64,000 nucleotides of DNA from an uncultured Spirochaetota bacterium (GTDB lineage: Bacteria > Spirochaetota > Spirochaetia > SZUA-6 > Fen-1364). This document shows positions 30,441-41,659 of the stretch, piece by piece. The stretch spans positions 128,001 through 192,000 of the forward strand of contig CAVUXE010000015.1 in NCBI GenBank assembly GCA_963745235.1, read 5' to 3'. The notes under the pieces are model-generated. The model saw nothing but the letters and a program-made list of their open reading frames with translations, did not search any database and was not told the DNA's origin. Positions within the stretch are counted from its first letter, which is position 1, and each line of letters starts with the position of its first letter. The position numbers were made by a program, and so were the translations under genes.

Positions 30441-30822
30441 TCATCCGGCTCCCCCTTTCATGGAGGCAACGAGGTCGTCGAGCTGATTCATCGTCTCTCG
30501 CATGCCCTTCTCCATTCCGGAGGCGATTGCGGCGTCCCGCGCCTCCTTGGAAGGATACATTTCGCTGGACACGAAGCGCGTGTTGCCCCCAAACTCGTCG
30601 AAGGTCACGGTTACGATCGCCGCCCCGGCATCCGCCATCGACTCGAAGACTTGCGTGTAGACCAGGCGCGACGGCGGAGTCACCACGGCGTATGTGCCCG
30701 AGAACGCGTAGCGGCTGATTGAGCTTGAGGCGCCGGGCGATGTCGTTGACGGGGCATGCCCCGGCCCGCAGCAGCTCCACGATGCGGAATCGGTTTGGCT
30801 CCAGGATTGCGAGTGCCTGCAT
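30441..30822 (-). pseudogene. collapsed ArsR plus SRPBCC (AHSA1-like) gene pair with internal deletion
   Basis: ArsR N-terminus EPNRFRIVELLRAGACPVNDIARRLKLNQP joined to SRPBCC C-terminus VTPPSRLVYT...SKEARDAAIASGMEKGMRETMNQL. Confidence 0.75.
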
Positions 30823-30952
30823 TTAACAGGGGGGGTGAGGCACCTCGGGCCGCCGCGGCGCGACGGCCCGTACCTGCCACAGCCCTCAACCTGTCTCTTG
30901 TGTCACTGCCCGGCGGTATGGCAGTCTTTCCTGGAATTGCGCGAGGTGGCCC

Positions 30953-32669
30953 GTGACCAACCGTGAGCTTGCCGAGACGTTCTCCTTGATCGCCAACCTC
31001 CTGGAAATCAAGGGTGAAGTAGTCTATGTGACGCTTGCCTATCGCAAGGCGGCTGAAAGCCTGATATCCCTCGCCGGGGACGCCAACCAGTACTGGAAGG
31101 AAGACAGGCTTCGCGAGATCCCCGGCGTGGGGAAGTCCATCGCGGAGAAGATCAACGAGCTGCTGCAGACCGGGCAGGCTGCGTTTCCTCGAAGATCTGG
31201 AGAAGGAAGTCCCCGCCGGGCTTGCTGAATGGCTCCAGGTGCCGGGGCTGGGGCCGAAGAAAGCTGCCCTCATCTGGAAGGAGCTGGGAATCACCTCCCT
31301 GGAGGAGCTGTCGAGCGCCGCGCGGGAAGGCAGGCTGCGCAAGCTGCCCGGCCTGGGAGAGAAGTCCGAGGCGCAGATCATTTCCGGGATCGAGTCTCTT
31401 GCCCGGCGCTCAGGACGCGTCCCCATAGGCCGCGCGTGGCCACTTGCCCGGCAGATCATCGCGGTCCTGAAGAAAGTGCCGGGAGTGGTGGCGGCAGAAC
31501 CGGCGGGGTCCCTCCGCAGGATGCGCCCGACTGTCGGTGACCTGGACATCCTTGTCGCGGCACGGGAGTCCGACGCCGTGATGGAAGCTTTCACGACGCT
31601 TCCCGGCGTGGATCGCGTGCGCGGAAAGGGAGATACCAAGTCCAGCATCGAGTTCGCCGACGGGGTGCGCGCCCAGGTGTGGGTGCACCCGCCGGAGAAG
31701 TTCGGCACGGCCCTGCAGTACGCCACGGGATCGAAGGACCACAACGTCCAGCTGCGGCAGCTCGCGCTGGAGAAAGGACTGTCCCTGTCCGAGCATGCGC
31801 TGACGCGGACGGACGGGTCAGGGGAAATCCTTTGTGCCGCAGAGGAGGAGGTCTACGCCGCTCTCGGTCTGCCGTGGATTCCGCCCGAGCTTCGAGAGGA
31901 CCGGGGGGAGGTGCAGGCCGCCAGGGCCGGGAAGCTGCCGCGGTTGATCGAGATGCAGGACATCAGGGCGGACCTGCACGTTCACTCCACGTGGTCGGAC
32001 GGAAAGCTTTCGATGATCGACATGGCCCGGGCCGCGGCGCGCCGCGGGATCAGGGTCATCGCGTTCACGGAGCATTCCGCGGGCCTGGGCATGACAGGCG
32101 GCCTGACCATGGAGCGTCACGCCGAGCAGCAGGCGGAGATCAACGCCATCCAACGCCAGCTTGGCGACAGCATCCTTGTGCTGCACGCAACAGAGGTGGA
32201 GATCAAGGCGGACGGAACGCTGGATTATCCTGACGAGTTCCTTTCCACCCTCGACCTGGTCATCGCCTCCCTCCATACCTCGCTCCGCCAGCCGCGGGAC
32301 AAGGTGACAGAAAGGTTGATCATCGCCATGGGCAACCCGCACGTGGACATCATTGGCCACCCGACCGGACGCCTGATCCCGGACAGGGAGAGCGCTGACC
32401 TCGACATGGACGCCGTGCTGGCGGCGGCGGCGCGCACCGGGGTGGCGCTGGAGATCAACGCAAGTCCTTACAGGCTGGACCTGGACGACGTCTACGCCCG
32501 GCGCGCAAAGGAGATGGGCATCCCGCTCAGCGTCAACACGGACGCCCACTCCGAGGCGGACCTCGACGTGCTGCCCTTCGGCGTGGCAATCGCGCGAAGG
32601 GCGTGGCTCACCGCGGAGGACGTCATCAACGCCTGGCCGACGCAGAAGCTGCTGGATTGGCTGATGTGA
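30953..32669 (+). CDS. polX: DNA polymerase X / PHP 3'-5' exonuclease (frameshift near 31180)
   Basis: NRELAETF..AYRKAA, GSLRRMRPTVGDLD, TGSKDHN, DLHVHSTWSDG, GHPTGR, NTDAH. Confidence 0.92.
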
Positions 32670-32734
32670 TCTCTTTGGAATGCCGTCTCGTAAGAGTTGT
32701 CATGCCACGCGGTGATCCGCGTAGGGAGGAAACC

Positions 32735-33130
32735 TTGAAACCGACCACGATCCTCGTGCTGTCCCTTTCAGCTCTGCTTGCGCTTGTACTGTCCGGCTGC
32801 GCCGCGGCGCCTGCTACCAGCGCGCAAATAACGCCGGGGCAAGCGGCGCTTATCATGAAGGCGGGTAACTTCTTCTTTGATCCGAACACGGTTGCAGTCG
32901 CGGCGACAGGAACCGTCACCCTGACAATAACCAACACGGGTGGCTCGTCGCACAACATCACCGTGAACGACCCGTCAGGGAAAGTCATCGACTCCGTCGA
33001 GATCCCCCCGAATGGGACGGTCACCACCCAGGTCACCTTTCCCGTGCCAGGGCAGTACCGCTTCAGTTGCAACCATCCCTTTCACGCGGACTTCGGCATG
33101 AAAGGGCGCTTCATCGTTTCTGGCGGGTGA
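32735..33130 (+). CDS. cupredoxin-domain lipoprotein
   Basis: LSGC lipobox; HNI and CNHPFHADFGM type-1 copper ligands. Confidence 0.85.
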   Translation: MKPTTILVLSLSALLALVLSGCAAAPATSAQITPGQAALIMKAGNFFFDPNTVAVAATGTVTLTITNTGGSSHNITVNDPSGKVIDSVEIPPNGTVTTQVTFPVPGQYRFSCNHPFHADFGMKGRFIVSGG

Positions 33131-33131
33131 A

Positions 33132-33938
33132 TCACGGCTGTCTGTAGGCGCCGCTGATTATGGCGGCGCCTGCCGTTGATCCAATCCTGTCCGCCCCTGC
33201 CCGTATCATGGAAACGGCAGACGCGTAGGTGCGGACCCCGCCGCTTGCCTTGATCCCCCTGTCTCTTCCGACAGTCCTGCGCATGAGCGCAATGTCTTCC
33301 ACGGTGGCAACTCCACCAAGGAAGCCCGTGGAGGTTGCGACCACGTCCGCCCCTGCCTTGCGCGCGATCTCGCACGCAAGGACCTTCTCGTGCTCCGACA
33401 GAAGGACTGTCTCGAGAATGACGCCGAGGATCGTGCGCGCGCGGGTAGCCCTTCGCACGGCCCGAATGTCCTCCTGGACCGCGCGGTAGTCCCCTGCCTT
33501 GAGAAGCCCCATGTTGATGACCATGTCGATCTGGCCTGCGCCGTCGGAAATGGCCTCCCGGGTCTCGAACGCCTTGGCCCTGCTTGTCATCGCGCCCAGG
33601 GGGAACCCGACGACAGAGCAGACCTTGACGTCCGTGCCCTGCAGCCTGCGCGCCACCAAAGCGACGCGGCTGGAATTGACGCACACGCTGCGGAAACCGA
33701 GCTCCACCGCCTCCTGGCAGAGCCTTTCCAACGCGGCCGCGGATGCTTCCGGCCGCAGTAGCGTCTGGTCGATGAGCTTGGCAAGGTCCTGGGGAGTCGT
33801 TACAGCCCACGCAGGCGTGGCAGCCGCGGCAGGACCGGTGAGGCCGGACGTCGTGGCCGGTCCTGGCGAGCCGGTGGCGGCTTTCATGCGCGCAATCACC
33901 TCCGCGATGATCCGGTCTACCAGCTGGTTCTGATTCAT
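33132..33938 (-). CDS. deoC: deoxyribose-phosphate aldolase (DeoC) homologue with N-terminal extension; catalytic Lys replaced
   Basis: SVCVN, VVGFPLG, IDMVIN, VILET, ATSTGF (canonical KTSTGF), IKASGGVRT, RIGST. Confidence 0.8.
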   Translation of the reverse strand: MNQNQLVDRIIAEVIARMKAATGSPGPATTSGLTGPAAAATPAWAVTTPQDLAKLIDQTLLRPEASAAALERLCQEAVELGFRSVCVNSSRVALVARRLQGTDVKVCSVVGFPLGAMTSRAKAFETREAISDGAGQIDMVINMGLLKAGDYRAVQEDIRAVRRATRARTILGVILETVLLSEHEKVLACEIARKAGADVVATSTGFLGGVATVEDIALMRRTVGRDRGIKASGGVRTYASAVSMIRAGADRIGSTAGAAIISGAYRQP

Positions 33939-33981
33939 TTCGAGCTTTTCAGTGGCAAGCGGGCGCGGGGTTGGACCCTTC

Positions 33982-35670
33982 TCAGCCGGTCAGTGCACCC
34001 TTGCTCGCGGGAGAAACCAGGCGGGCATACTTTGCCAGTGCCCCGGTCGTGTAGGAGATCTTCCTCGGCTTCCAGGCTTTCCGCCTTTTTTCGATTTCTT
34101 CCCGAGAAAGATCCGCCGACAGAGCTCCCCTTTTGGCATCTATCGTTATCTGGTCCCCATCCTTGAGGAGGGCAATCAGCCCGCCGTCGCTCGCTTCAGG
34201 GCACACGTGGCCGACCAGCATCCCGTGACTGCCGCCGGAGAACCTGCCGTCGGTGATGAGGGCTACATCGGCAAGCATCCCTGCTCCGGCAAGCGCCGAG
34301 GTGGGGGCCAGCATCTCCCGCATCCCCGGGCCGCCCCGGGGGCCTTCGTTGCGGATCACCACCGTGTCCCCCTTGCGGATGGCCTTCCTTAGTATTGCCT
34401 CCAGGGCGTCCTCTTCGCTCTCGAACACGCGCGCGGGCCCGCGATGGACGAACTCCCCTATTCCGGCGGTTTTCAACACGGCGCCGTCCTCCGCGAGGTT
34501 GCCGCGCAGAATGCTGATTGGCCCGCGCGGGTCCACGGGGTCTGAGAATGGGTGAATGACATCCTGGCCGGCGAGGTCTGTGGAGACGTCCGCCAGGTTT
34601 TCCTTGACCGTCCTGCCGCTCACCGTCATGCAGTCCCCGTGGAGAAGGCGTTCGTCCAGGAGGAGCCGCATGACCTTCTGAACGCCTCCGGCGTGAAAAA
34701 GGTCGTTCATGACATAGCGGCCGCCGGGCTTCATGTCGCACAGCGTGGGAGTGCTGCGGTAGAACTCGTTGAAATCGAAGATGTCGAGAGGGACCCCCGC
34801 CTCGGCGGCCAGGGCCAGCAGGTGCAGCACCGCGTTCGTGGAGCCGCCGACGGCCATGACGACCCTGATTGCGTTCTCGAACGCTTCCCGCGTCATGATG
34901 TCCCGCGGACGTATGCCGCGGCGCACAAGCTCCATCAGCGAAGAGGCGGCGCGCTTCATGTCGTCTTTCTTCCGGGGATCCACGGCCGGGATTGAGCAGC
35001 TTCCCGGCAGGCTCATCCCGATGGCCTCCATGGCGGACGCCATGGTGTTGGCGGTATACATGCCGCCGCAGGCGCCCGGGCCAGGGCAGGCTGTACACTC
35101 GATGCCGTGCCTCTCTTCCTCCGTGATTGTCCCGGCGGAGAACTTTCCCACCGCCTCGAAGGCGCTCACGATGTCCACGGGCGTTCCCCGGTATTCACCT
35201 GCCTTGATGGAACCCCCGTAAACGAACAGGGATGGGAGGTTGAGCCGCGCCATGGCCATGACCGTTCCCGGGATGGTCTTGTCGCAGCCGCCAATTCCAA
35301 GGATGGCATCCATCTGGTGGCCACGAACCACAAGCTCAATGGCGTCCGCAATCACGTCCCGGCTCACCAGGGAGCATTTCATTCCCTCGTGGCCCATGGC
35401 CTCGCCGTCGGTGACGACGAACGTGTTGAACTTCATGGGAGCGCCGCCTGCTTCCTTCAGCGCGTCTTTGGAGACAGCGGCAAGATCGTCCAGGTGGACG
35501 TTGCAGGGCGTCACCTCGCTCCCGGCCGACGCAATGGCGACAATGGGCTTGTCAAAGTCAGCGTCGGTGAACCCGACGGCCCGAAGCATTGCCCGGTTGG
35601 GCATGCGGGCTACTCCCTCGGTCATGACCCGACTGTGCAAGTTGAGCTTCACGCGCGTCCCGTCAGTCAC
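33982..35670 (-). CDS. ilvD: dihydroxy-acid dehydratase
   Basis: [51 protein letters not shown]. Confidence 0.97.
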   Translation of the reverse strand: MTDGTRVKLNLHSRVMTEGVARMPNRAMLRAVGFTDADFDKPIVAIASAGSEVTPCNVHLDDLAAVSKDALKEAGGAPMKFNTFVVTDGEAMGHEGMKCSLVSRDVIADAIELVVRGHQMDAILGIGGCDKTIPGTVMAMARLNLPSLFVYGGSIKAGEYRGTPVDIVSAFEAVGKFSAGTITEEERHGIECTACPGPGACGGMYTANTMASAMEAIGMSLPGSCSIPAVDPRKKDDMKRAASSLMELVRRGIRPRDIMTREAFENAIRVVMAVGGSTNAVLHLLALAAEAGVPLDIFDFNEFYRSTPTLCDMKPGGRYVMNDLFHAGGVQKVMRLLLDERLLHGDCMTVSGRTVKENLADVSTDLAGQDVIHPFSDPVDPRGPISILRGNLAEDGAVLKTAGIGEFVHRGPARVFESEEDALEAILRKAIRKGDTVVIRNEGPRGGPGMREMLAPTSALAGAGMLADVALITDGRFSGGSHGMLVGHVCPEASDGGLIALLKDGDQITIDAKRGALSADLSREEIEKRRKAWKPRKISYTTGALAKYARLVSPASKGALTG

Positions 35671-36298
35671 GGCTGCCTCCCGACGCAGCCCCGAAGTTCA
35701 GGTACGGGATCCGAGCCGCGGCGGCCTTGATTGCCTCCCGGTTGGCGAGCAGCATGGCGGTGGTATCCCATGTGCCCGCGACGAGGCTCTTCCTGTCCGA
35801 GTCCGGCATCGTGAAGCTCACCTTCCGGCCTCCCGCTGACACGGTGAGGGATTCGAGGTCGATGGAGATCACCAGCGCGGGATCCGCTTCCACGAGGGAT
35901 TGCAGCCGTACGGCGTCCTCGTGGGACACCCGTGCGGCTGGGAGGCCCAGCGCGGTGCAGTTCCCCGAAAATATCTCCGCGAAAGACTCTCCCACGAAGG
36001 CCTGGATGCCCGTGCGCATCAGGGACTGGGGGGCATGCTCCCGCGAGGACCCGCAGCCGAAGTTGCGGTTCACCAGCATGATGCTCCCGCCCGAGAAGCG
36101 CGGGTCATTCAACGGGTGCTTCCTGGGCTTGCCGTTGTCGTCGAATCTCTCGTCGAAGAACGCGTATTTCCCCAGCTCCTCGAATGTGATCAGCCTGAGG
36201 TAGCGGGCCGGGATGATCCTGTCCGTGTCTATGTCATCCCCGGGCACCACGATTGCCCTGCCCGTGATGAGCTTCCTGATGCTGGTGCTCTCCGCCAT
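35663..36298 (-). CDS. leuD: 3-isopropylmalate dehydratase small subunit
   Basis: [31 protein letters not shown]. Confidence 0.96.
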   Translation of the reverse strand: MAESTSIRKLITGRAIVVPGDDIDTDRIIPARYLRLITFEELGKYAFFDERFDDNGKPRKHPLNDPRFSGGSIMLVNRNFGCGSSREHAPQSLMRTGIQAFVGESFAEIFSGNCTALGLPAARVSHEDAVRLQSLVEADPALVISIDLESLTVSAGGRKVSFTMPDSDRKSLVAGTWDTTAMLLANREAIKAAAARIPYLNFGAASGGSRD

Positions 36299-37715
36299 TA
36301 CGACCCCCATTGCCCGCGGGCAGCATGTGCCTGGCGTCCACCACCTCACCGGCAATCGCCGCGGCAGCCGCCATAGCGGGGCTCATGAGGAGCGTCCGGC
36401 CGTGAGGGGACCCCTGCCTTCCGATGAAGTTCCTGTTGGAGGAGCTGGCGCACACCTGGCGACCCGTGAGCTTGTCAGGGTTCATTGCCAGGCACATGGA
36501 GCAGCCTGCATCCCGCCACTCGAATCCGGCCGCCCGGAATATCTCCGGAAGCCCCTCCTCCGTTGCCTGGCGCAGCACGGCGCGGGAACCGGGGACAACG
36601 AGAGCCTTCACGCGCGAAGAGACTTTTCTGCCCTTGACCACCCGGGCCGCCTCCCGCAGGTCGCTGATCCTGCCGTTCGTGCATGACCCGATGAATGCGA
36701 CATCCACCGCCAGCCCCTGCACCGGCTCTCCCTCCGTGAATCCCGTGTGGTCGTATGCCTTCCTGAGCGCTTCCTGGTCAGCGGGGCGCGCCTCGGAGAC
36801 GCGCGGGAGCTTCCCAGAGACCCCGATGGCCTGCCCCGGATTGATCCCCCAGGAGACCATGGGCTCCAGGGAGCTTCCGTCCAGCGTATGCGTGTCCGCG
36901 TAGTCAGCGTCGGGGTCAGATGCCATGCCTTTCCAGAACTGGACGGCTTTCTCGTAGTCCTTGCCCGCGGGGACAAAGCGCCGCCCCTTCAGGTATTCGA
37001 AGGTCACCGAATCCGGATTGATGTATCCCGCCCGCGCGCCGCCTTCGATGCTCATGTTGCACATGGTCAGGCGCGCCTCCATGGGCAGCGCGGCCACCGC
37101 CGGCCCGCCGTACTCGTACGCGTAGCCGATTCCGCCGTTGACGCCGAGGTCCGCGATGATCCGGATGATGAGGTCCTTCGCGTGCACCCCGGGGCGCAGC
37201 GTGCCGGTCACCTCGATCCGTCGGACCTTGGGCCGGGTGAAAGACAGGGTCTGCGACGCCAGGATGTCGCGAATCTGCGATGTCCCCACGCCGAAGGCGA
37301 GAGAACCCAGGGCACCGTGCGTGGAGGTGTGCGAGTCTCCGCAGGCAATCGTCATGCCGGGCTGCGTGAGGCCGAGCTCGGGACCGATGATATGAACGAT
37401 CCCCTGGTCATCCGTGTTGCCGAAAAAGAGGATGCCGTGCTGGCGCGCGTTCTTCTCTATGGCGCGCATCATCTGCTCCGCGAGCTCATCCGCGAACGGT
37501 CGGCGCTGCCCGTCGGTGGGGATGATGTGGTCCACCGTGGCAAAGGTCCGCTGGGGAAAGAGCACGGTGAGCCCCCTGTCCACCAGGGCCTGGAACGCCT
37601 GGGGAGAGGTGACCTCGTGAACGAGGTGCAGGCCAATGAACAGCTGGTCCTGCCCCGAAGGCAGCGTTGCCACCTTGTGCAGGTCCCACACCTTGTCGAG
37701 CAGCGTCTTTCCCAT
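36298..37715 (-). CDS. leuC: 3-isopropylmalate dehydratase large subunit (3' end probably frameshifted)
   Basis: [46 protein letters not shown]. Confidence 0.96.
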
Positions 37716-37718
37716 GAT

Positions 37719-38221
37719 TCAGGTAACCTCCTCACCGCGAGCCATCAGCACCTTTCCGGTCCGAACCATCTCTATCACTCCGTAGCTGCCAAGCATCCTG
37801 TGCAGCGCATCCAGCTTCTCCGTGTTCCCGGTGATCTGCGCGGTCAGCGCGTTCTCCGAAAGGTCAAGCACGTGACCCTTGAAGGTGTGGACCACGTCCA
37901 GCACCTCGGTGCGCTTCTCCGGGGGCAGCGCACCTTGACGAGCGCCAGCTCCCTCTGGATCACGTCCTTGCCCGTGTTGTCAACGGCGTGCACGACGTCC
38001 ACCAGCTTGCCCAGCTGCATCAGGATATGGCCGATGGTCTTCTCGTCTCCCGTTGCAACGATGTTCATGTGCGAGAACGCGGGGTCGTGCGCTTCCGAGA
38101 CGACCATGCTGTCGATATTGAACCCGCGCCGGGCGAACACCAGCGCAATGCGGTTCAACACGCCGAACTTGTTGGCAACGTAGAGGCTCACCAGGTGCTT
38201 GCGCACCGTCGCCGCGGCCAT
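37719..38221 (-). CDS. ilvN: acetolactate synthase small subunit (frameshift near 37925)
   Basis: NKFGVLNRIALVFARRGFNIDS, RELALVKV, second frame EMVRTG. Confidence 0.92.
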
Positions 38222-39933
38222 CAGCGACGCTCCCTGGTCTCTGACGGGCCCAGGATCATGTCCTTCATGGAGGCGCCCGCAGGGATCATAGGGAACACGT
38301 TATCCTCTTTTGCCACCTCCGCGTCAATGACCACCGGGCCGTCGCTGTACGCGAGGGCCTTCTCCAGAACGGGAGTCACGTCCGCATTCCTGCGGATGCG
38401 AAACGCCTTGCATCCATAGCTCTCCGCGAGCTTGACGAAGTCCGGGTTCCCCACCAGGTCCACGCCCGAGAGGCGGTTCTCCCAGAACAGGTTCTGCCAC
38501 TGGCGCACCATCCCGAGGTAGCGGTTGTTGATGATGAGGACCTTGAGGGGGAGCTTCAGGTTGACCGCGGTGGAAAGCTCGTACATCGTCATCTGGAACC
38601 CGCCGTCTCCCACCACGGCGCAGACAAGCTCGCCGGGCCTGGCGAGCTGCGCCCCGATGGCGGCGGGGAAGCCGAATCCCATGGTGCCCGCGCCGCCGGA
38701 GGTGATCCATTTGAATCTTTCCTCCGTCAGGTAGAACTGGGCGGCCCACATCTGGTGCTGGCCGACGTCCGTTGTGACAATTGCCTTGCCCTGGGTGAGC
38801 CGGTACAGCTCGTCGATGACGTGCTGGGCCTCGAACGTGCCCTTCTTGTGGTAACGAAGAGGATACGACTTCTTCCATCCATCTATGCGCTCCCGCCACG
38901 CCTGCGTGTCTCCCGGCGCGAGCTGCCTGTTCAGCTGGGCGAGCACGAGACGCGCGTCCCCCACGATGGCGCAATCCATCTGGTATAACTTGTTGATCTC
39001 CGCGGGGTCGATGTCCACGTGGATTTTCAGGGCGTCCGGACAGAAGGTGTCAGGAGTGCCCGTTATCCTGTCGTCCCAGCGGGACCCCACCGACATGATC
39101 AGGTCGCACTCCACCACAGCCTTGTTCGCGTACGCCGTGCCGTGCATGCCGAGCATCCCCATGCTGAGCGGATGGGTCTCCGGAAACGCGCCCTTGCCCA
39201 GCAGCGTGTTGGTCACAGGAATCTGCATGGTCTCCGCCAGGACGCGCAGCTCCTGTCCTGCCCCGGAGATCACGGCGCCATGGCCCACCAGGAGCACGGG
39301 CCGCCTGGCCTGATGGAGCAGCTTTGCCGCGCATGCGACCTGCTCAGGATCTCCATTCTCAGGCACGTGGTAGCCGGGAAGATGGAACTCCTCGCTGCCG
39401 CGAAGCTCCATGGTGGTGTTGGAGACGTTGCGGGGGATGTCAACGAGCACGGGACCCGGCCGTCCGCTGTTGGCCAGGTAGAATGCTTCACGGAGCACGC
39501 GAGGGATGTCGGCTGCATCTTTGATGAGATAGGAATGCTTGACCACCGGCAGCGAGATCCCGGTGACGTCCGCCTCCTGGAAGGCGTCCATCCCCAGATC
39601 CTTCACGCTGGCCTGGCCGGTGAGAACGACCATGGGAACGGAATCCATCTTTGCCGTAAGGATCCCCGTGATGGTGTTCGTGGCGCCTGGGCCGGACGTG
39701 ACCAGGACAACGCCGGTCCGTCCGGATGCGCGGGCGAACCCGTCCGCCATGTGGGTGGCACCCTGCTCGTGCCTGGTCAGGACGAGCTGGATGGGAGAGT
39801 CCACCAGGGCGTCGAACAGGGGAATGGCAGCTCCGCCGGGGAGGCCGAACACATACTTCACCCCCTGCTCCTGCAGTATGTGCACCACTGCCTGGGCGCC
39901 CGTCAAGGAGCGCTTCGCCTTTGCATCTCCCAT
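38221..39933 (-). CDS. ilvB: acetolactate synthase large subunit
   Basis: [30 protein letters not shown]...NN ThDP motif. Confidence 0.97.
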   Translation of the reverse strand: MGDAKAKRSLTGAQAVVHILQEQGVKYVFGLPGGAAIPLFDALVDSPIQLVLTRHEQGATHMADGFARASGRTGVVLVTSGPGATNTITGILTAKMDSVPMVVLTGQASVKDLGMDAFQEADVTGISLPVVKHSYLIKDAADIPRVLREAFYLANSGRPGPVLVDIPRNVSNTTMELRGSEEFHLPGYHVPENGDPEQVACAAKLLHQARRPVLLVGHGAVISGAGQELRVLAETMQIPVTNTLLGKGAFPETHPLSMGMLGMHGTAYANKAVVECDLIMSVGSRWDDRITGTPDTFCPDALKIHVDIDPAEINKLYQMDCAIVGDARLVLAQLNRQLAPGDTQAWRERIDGWKKSYPLRYHKKGTFEAQHVIDELYRLTQGKAIVTTDVGQHQMWAAQFYLTEERFKWITSGGAGTMGFGFPAAIGAQLARPGELVCAVVGDGGFQMTMYELSTAVNLKLPLKVLIINNRYLGMVRQWQNLFWENRLSGVDLVGNPDFVKLAESYGCKAFRIRRNADVTPVLEKALAYSDGPVVIDAEVAKEDNVFPMIPAGASMKDMILGPSETRERR

Positions 39934-40070
39934 GTGTCGAATCCTTGTCCCTTCCTGCCTTAGGGTTCTAAAGTAATGTTCAACAACAGCCAAAAACAAG
40001 CGGTTTCTCGGCCGTTTCACGGCCCCAATCCTTGACTGCCCCATGGCAAAGAGATATGACGGTAGGACTT

Positions 40071-41652
40071 ATGAGCCCAGTGACGTACAAGGAATGGCCC
40101 TTCGTGGAGGCCCAGAGGATCATCTCCCGCCTCGCTCGGACGGGGAAGCCCGGCGTTGTCGCGGAGACCGGCTACGGGCCATCCGGGTTGCCGCACATCG
40201 GCACTTTCGGCGAAGTGGCCCGCACCTCGTTCGTTATCCAGGCTCTTGCCGCCCTGGCCCCCGACGTGAAGGCGTCCATCGTGGCATTTTCTGACGATAT
40301 GGACGGCCTGCGCGAGGTGCCGAAGAACCTCCCCAACGCGGAGATGCTGAAGGAGCACCTGGGCAAGCCCCTGACCTCTATCCCGGACCCCTTCGGAGAG
40401 GAAGAATCCTTCGCGCACTACATGAACAAGAAGCTGCGCGAGTTCCTTGATTCATTTGGCTTCACGTACCAGTTCGCCTCCGCGACAGAGAAGTATCGCT
40501 CAGGGGCATTCGATGAGGGCTTGCGCAAGGTGATGGAGCACTATGACGAGGTGAGCGACCTGTTTCGCGCGACCATCGCTGAGGAGAAGCGGGCCGGCTG
40601 GAGCCCCTTCTTCCCGATCTGCGAAAACTGCGGCCGGATCTACTCCACCCGCGTGACCGGATACGACCCGAAGGCCTGCACCATCACCTACACCTGTGAC
40701 GTCGACTCGCCGGGGAAGTACGCGGCATGCGGCCATTCCGCCACAACGACTATCCTGGGCGGCATGTGCAAGGTCGGATGGAAAGTGGACTGGGCTCTTC
40801 GCTGGTACTGTCTCGGCGTGGACTACGAGATGCACGGGGAGGACCTCCTGGAGTCCTCCCGGCTGTCCTCCCGGATCGTGAAGGTCCTGGGCGGGGAACC
40901 GCCTGAGCTGTTCAAATACGAGCTCTTCCTGGATGAGAACGGGAAGAAGATCTCGAAGAAGATCGGCAACGGAGTTTCCCTGGAGCAATGGCTTCGCTAT
41001 GCCCCCGTGGACTCCCTCCTGCACTTCATGTACATCAAGCCCCAGCAGGCCAAGCGCATGGGGCTCCCCCTTCTGCCCGGAGATCATCGACCAGTACCTC
41101 GAGCTGGTGGAGTCCTGGGACGGGTCTGAAGACTCCCCGGTCCCCTTCATCTCGCGGCTTTCCAGCAAGGGCCACGCCGGGAGGCTGGCGGACCAGAAGC
41201 TCGTAACGTATTCCCTCATCCTGCAGCTGATCCTGGCGCTGAACCAGGATGACCCGCGCATCGTGCGTGACTACCTCTTGAAGTACCAGCCGGGCATCTC
41301 GGGCAACGTGGCGTACTACGAGCAACTGATCGAGGATGCCCTGGCCTACTACCGCGAAGTCCTGCTCCCGGCTCGAAAAAGCGAAGAGGCAGGGCACGAG
41401 ATGGACAAGGCCCTGGAGGCGATGCGGGACATCCTTGTGGGACTGAGGGACAGCGGCGCCGCCCCGGATGCGGATTCCCTGCAGACCATGGCGTTCCAGG
41501 TGTCGAAGGACCGGGGGCTGAAAATGAAAGACTGGTTTCGCACGCTGTACCGTGTTTTCCTGGGCCAATCCCAGGGGCCCCGGATCGGAAGCTTCATTTC
41601 GCTCCTGGGCTTCGACAAGACAATCGAACGTCTGAACACGCACCTGGGATAG
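40071..41652 (+). CDS. lysS: class I lysyl-tRNA synthetase (frameshift near 41070)
   Basis: ETGYGPSGLPHIGTFGE (HIGH-like), KVDWALRW, KISKKIGN (KMSKS-like), C-terminal LGQSQGPRIGSF. Confidence 0.93.
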
Positions 41653-41659
41653 GAAGACC

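Noticed and set aside
41040-41100. Programmed ribosomal frameshifting in lysS or other split genes
   Set aside because: No consistent slippery heptamer plus stimulator; the shifts are scattered across unrelated genes.
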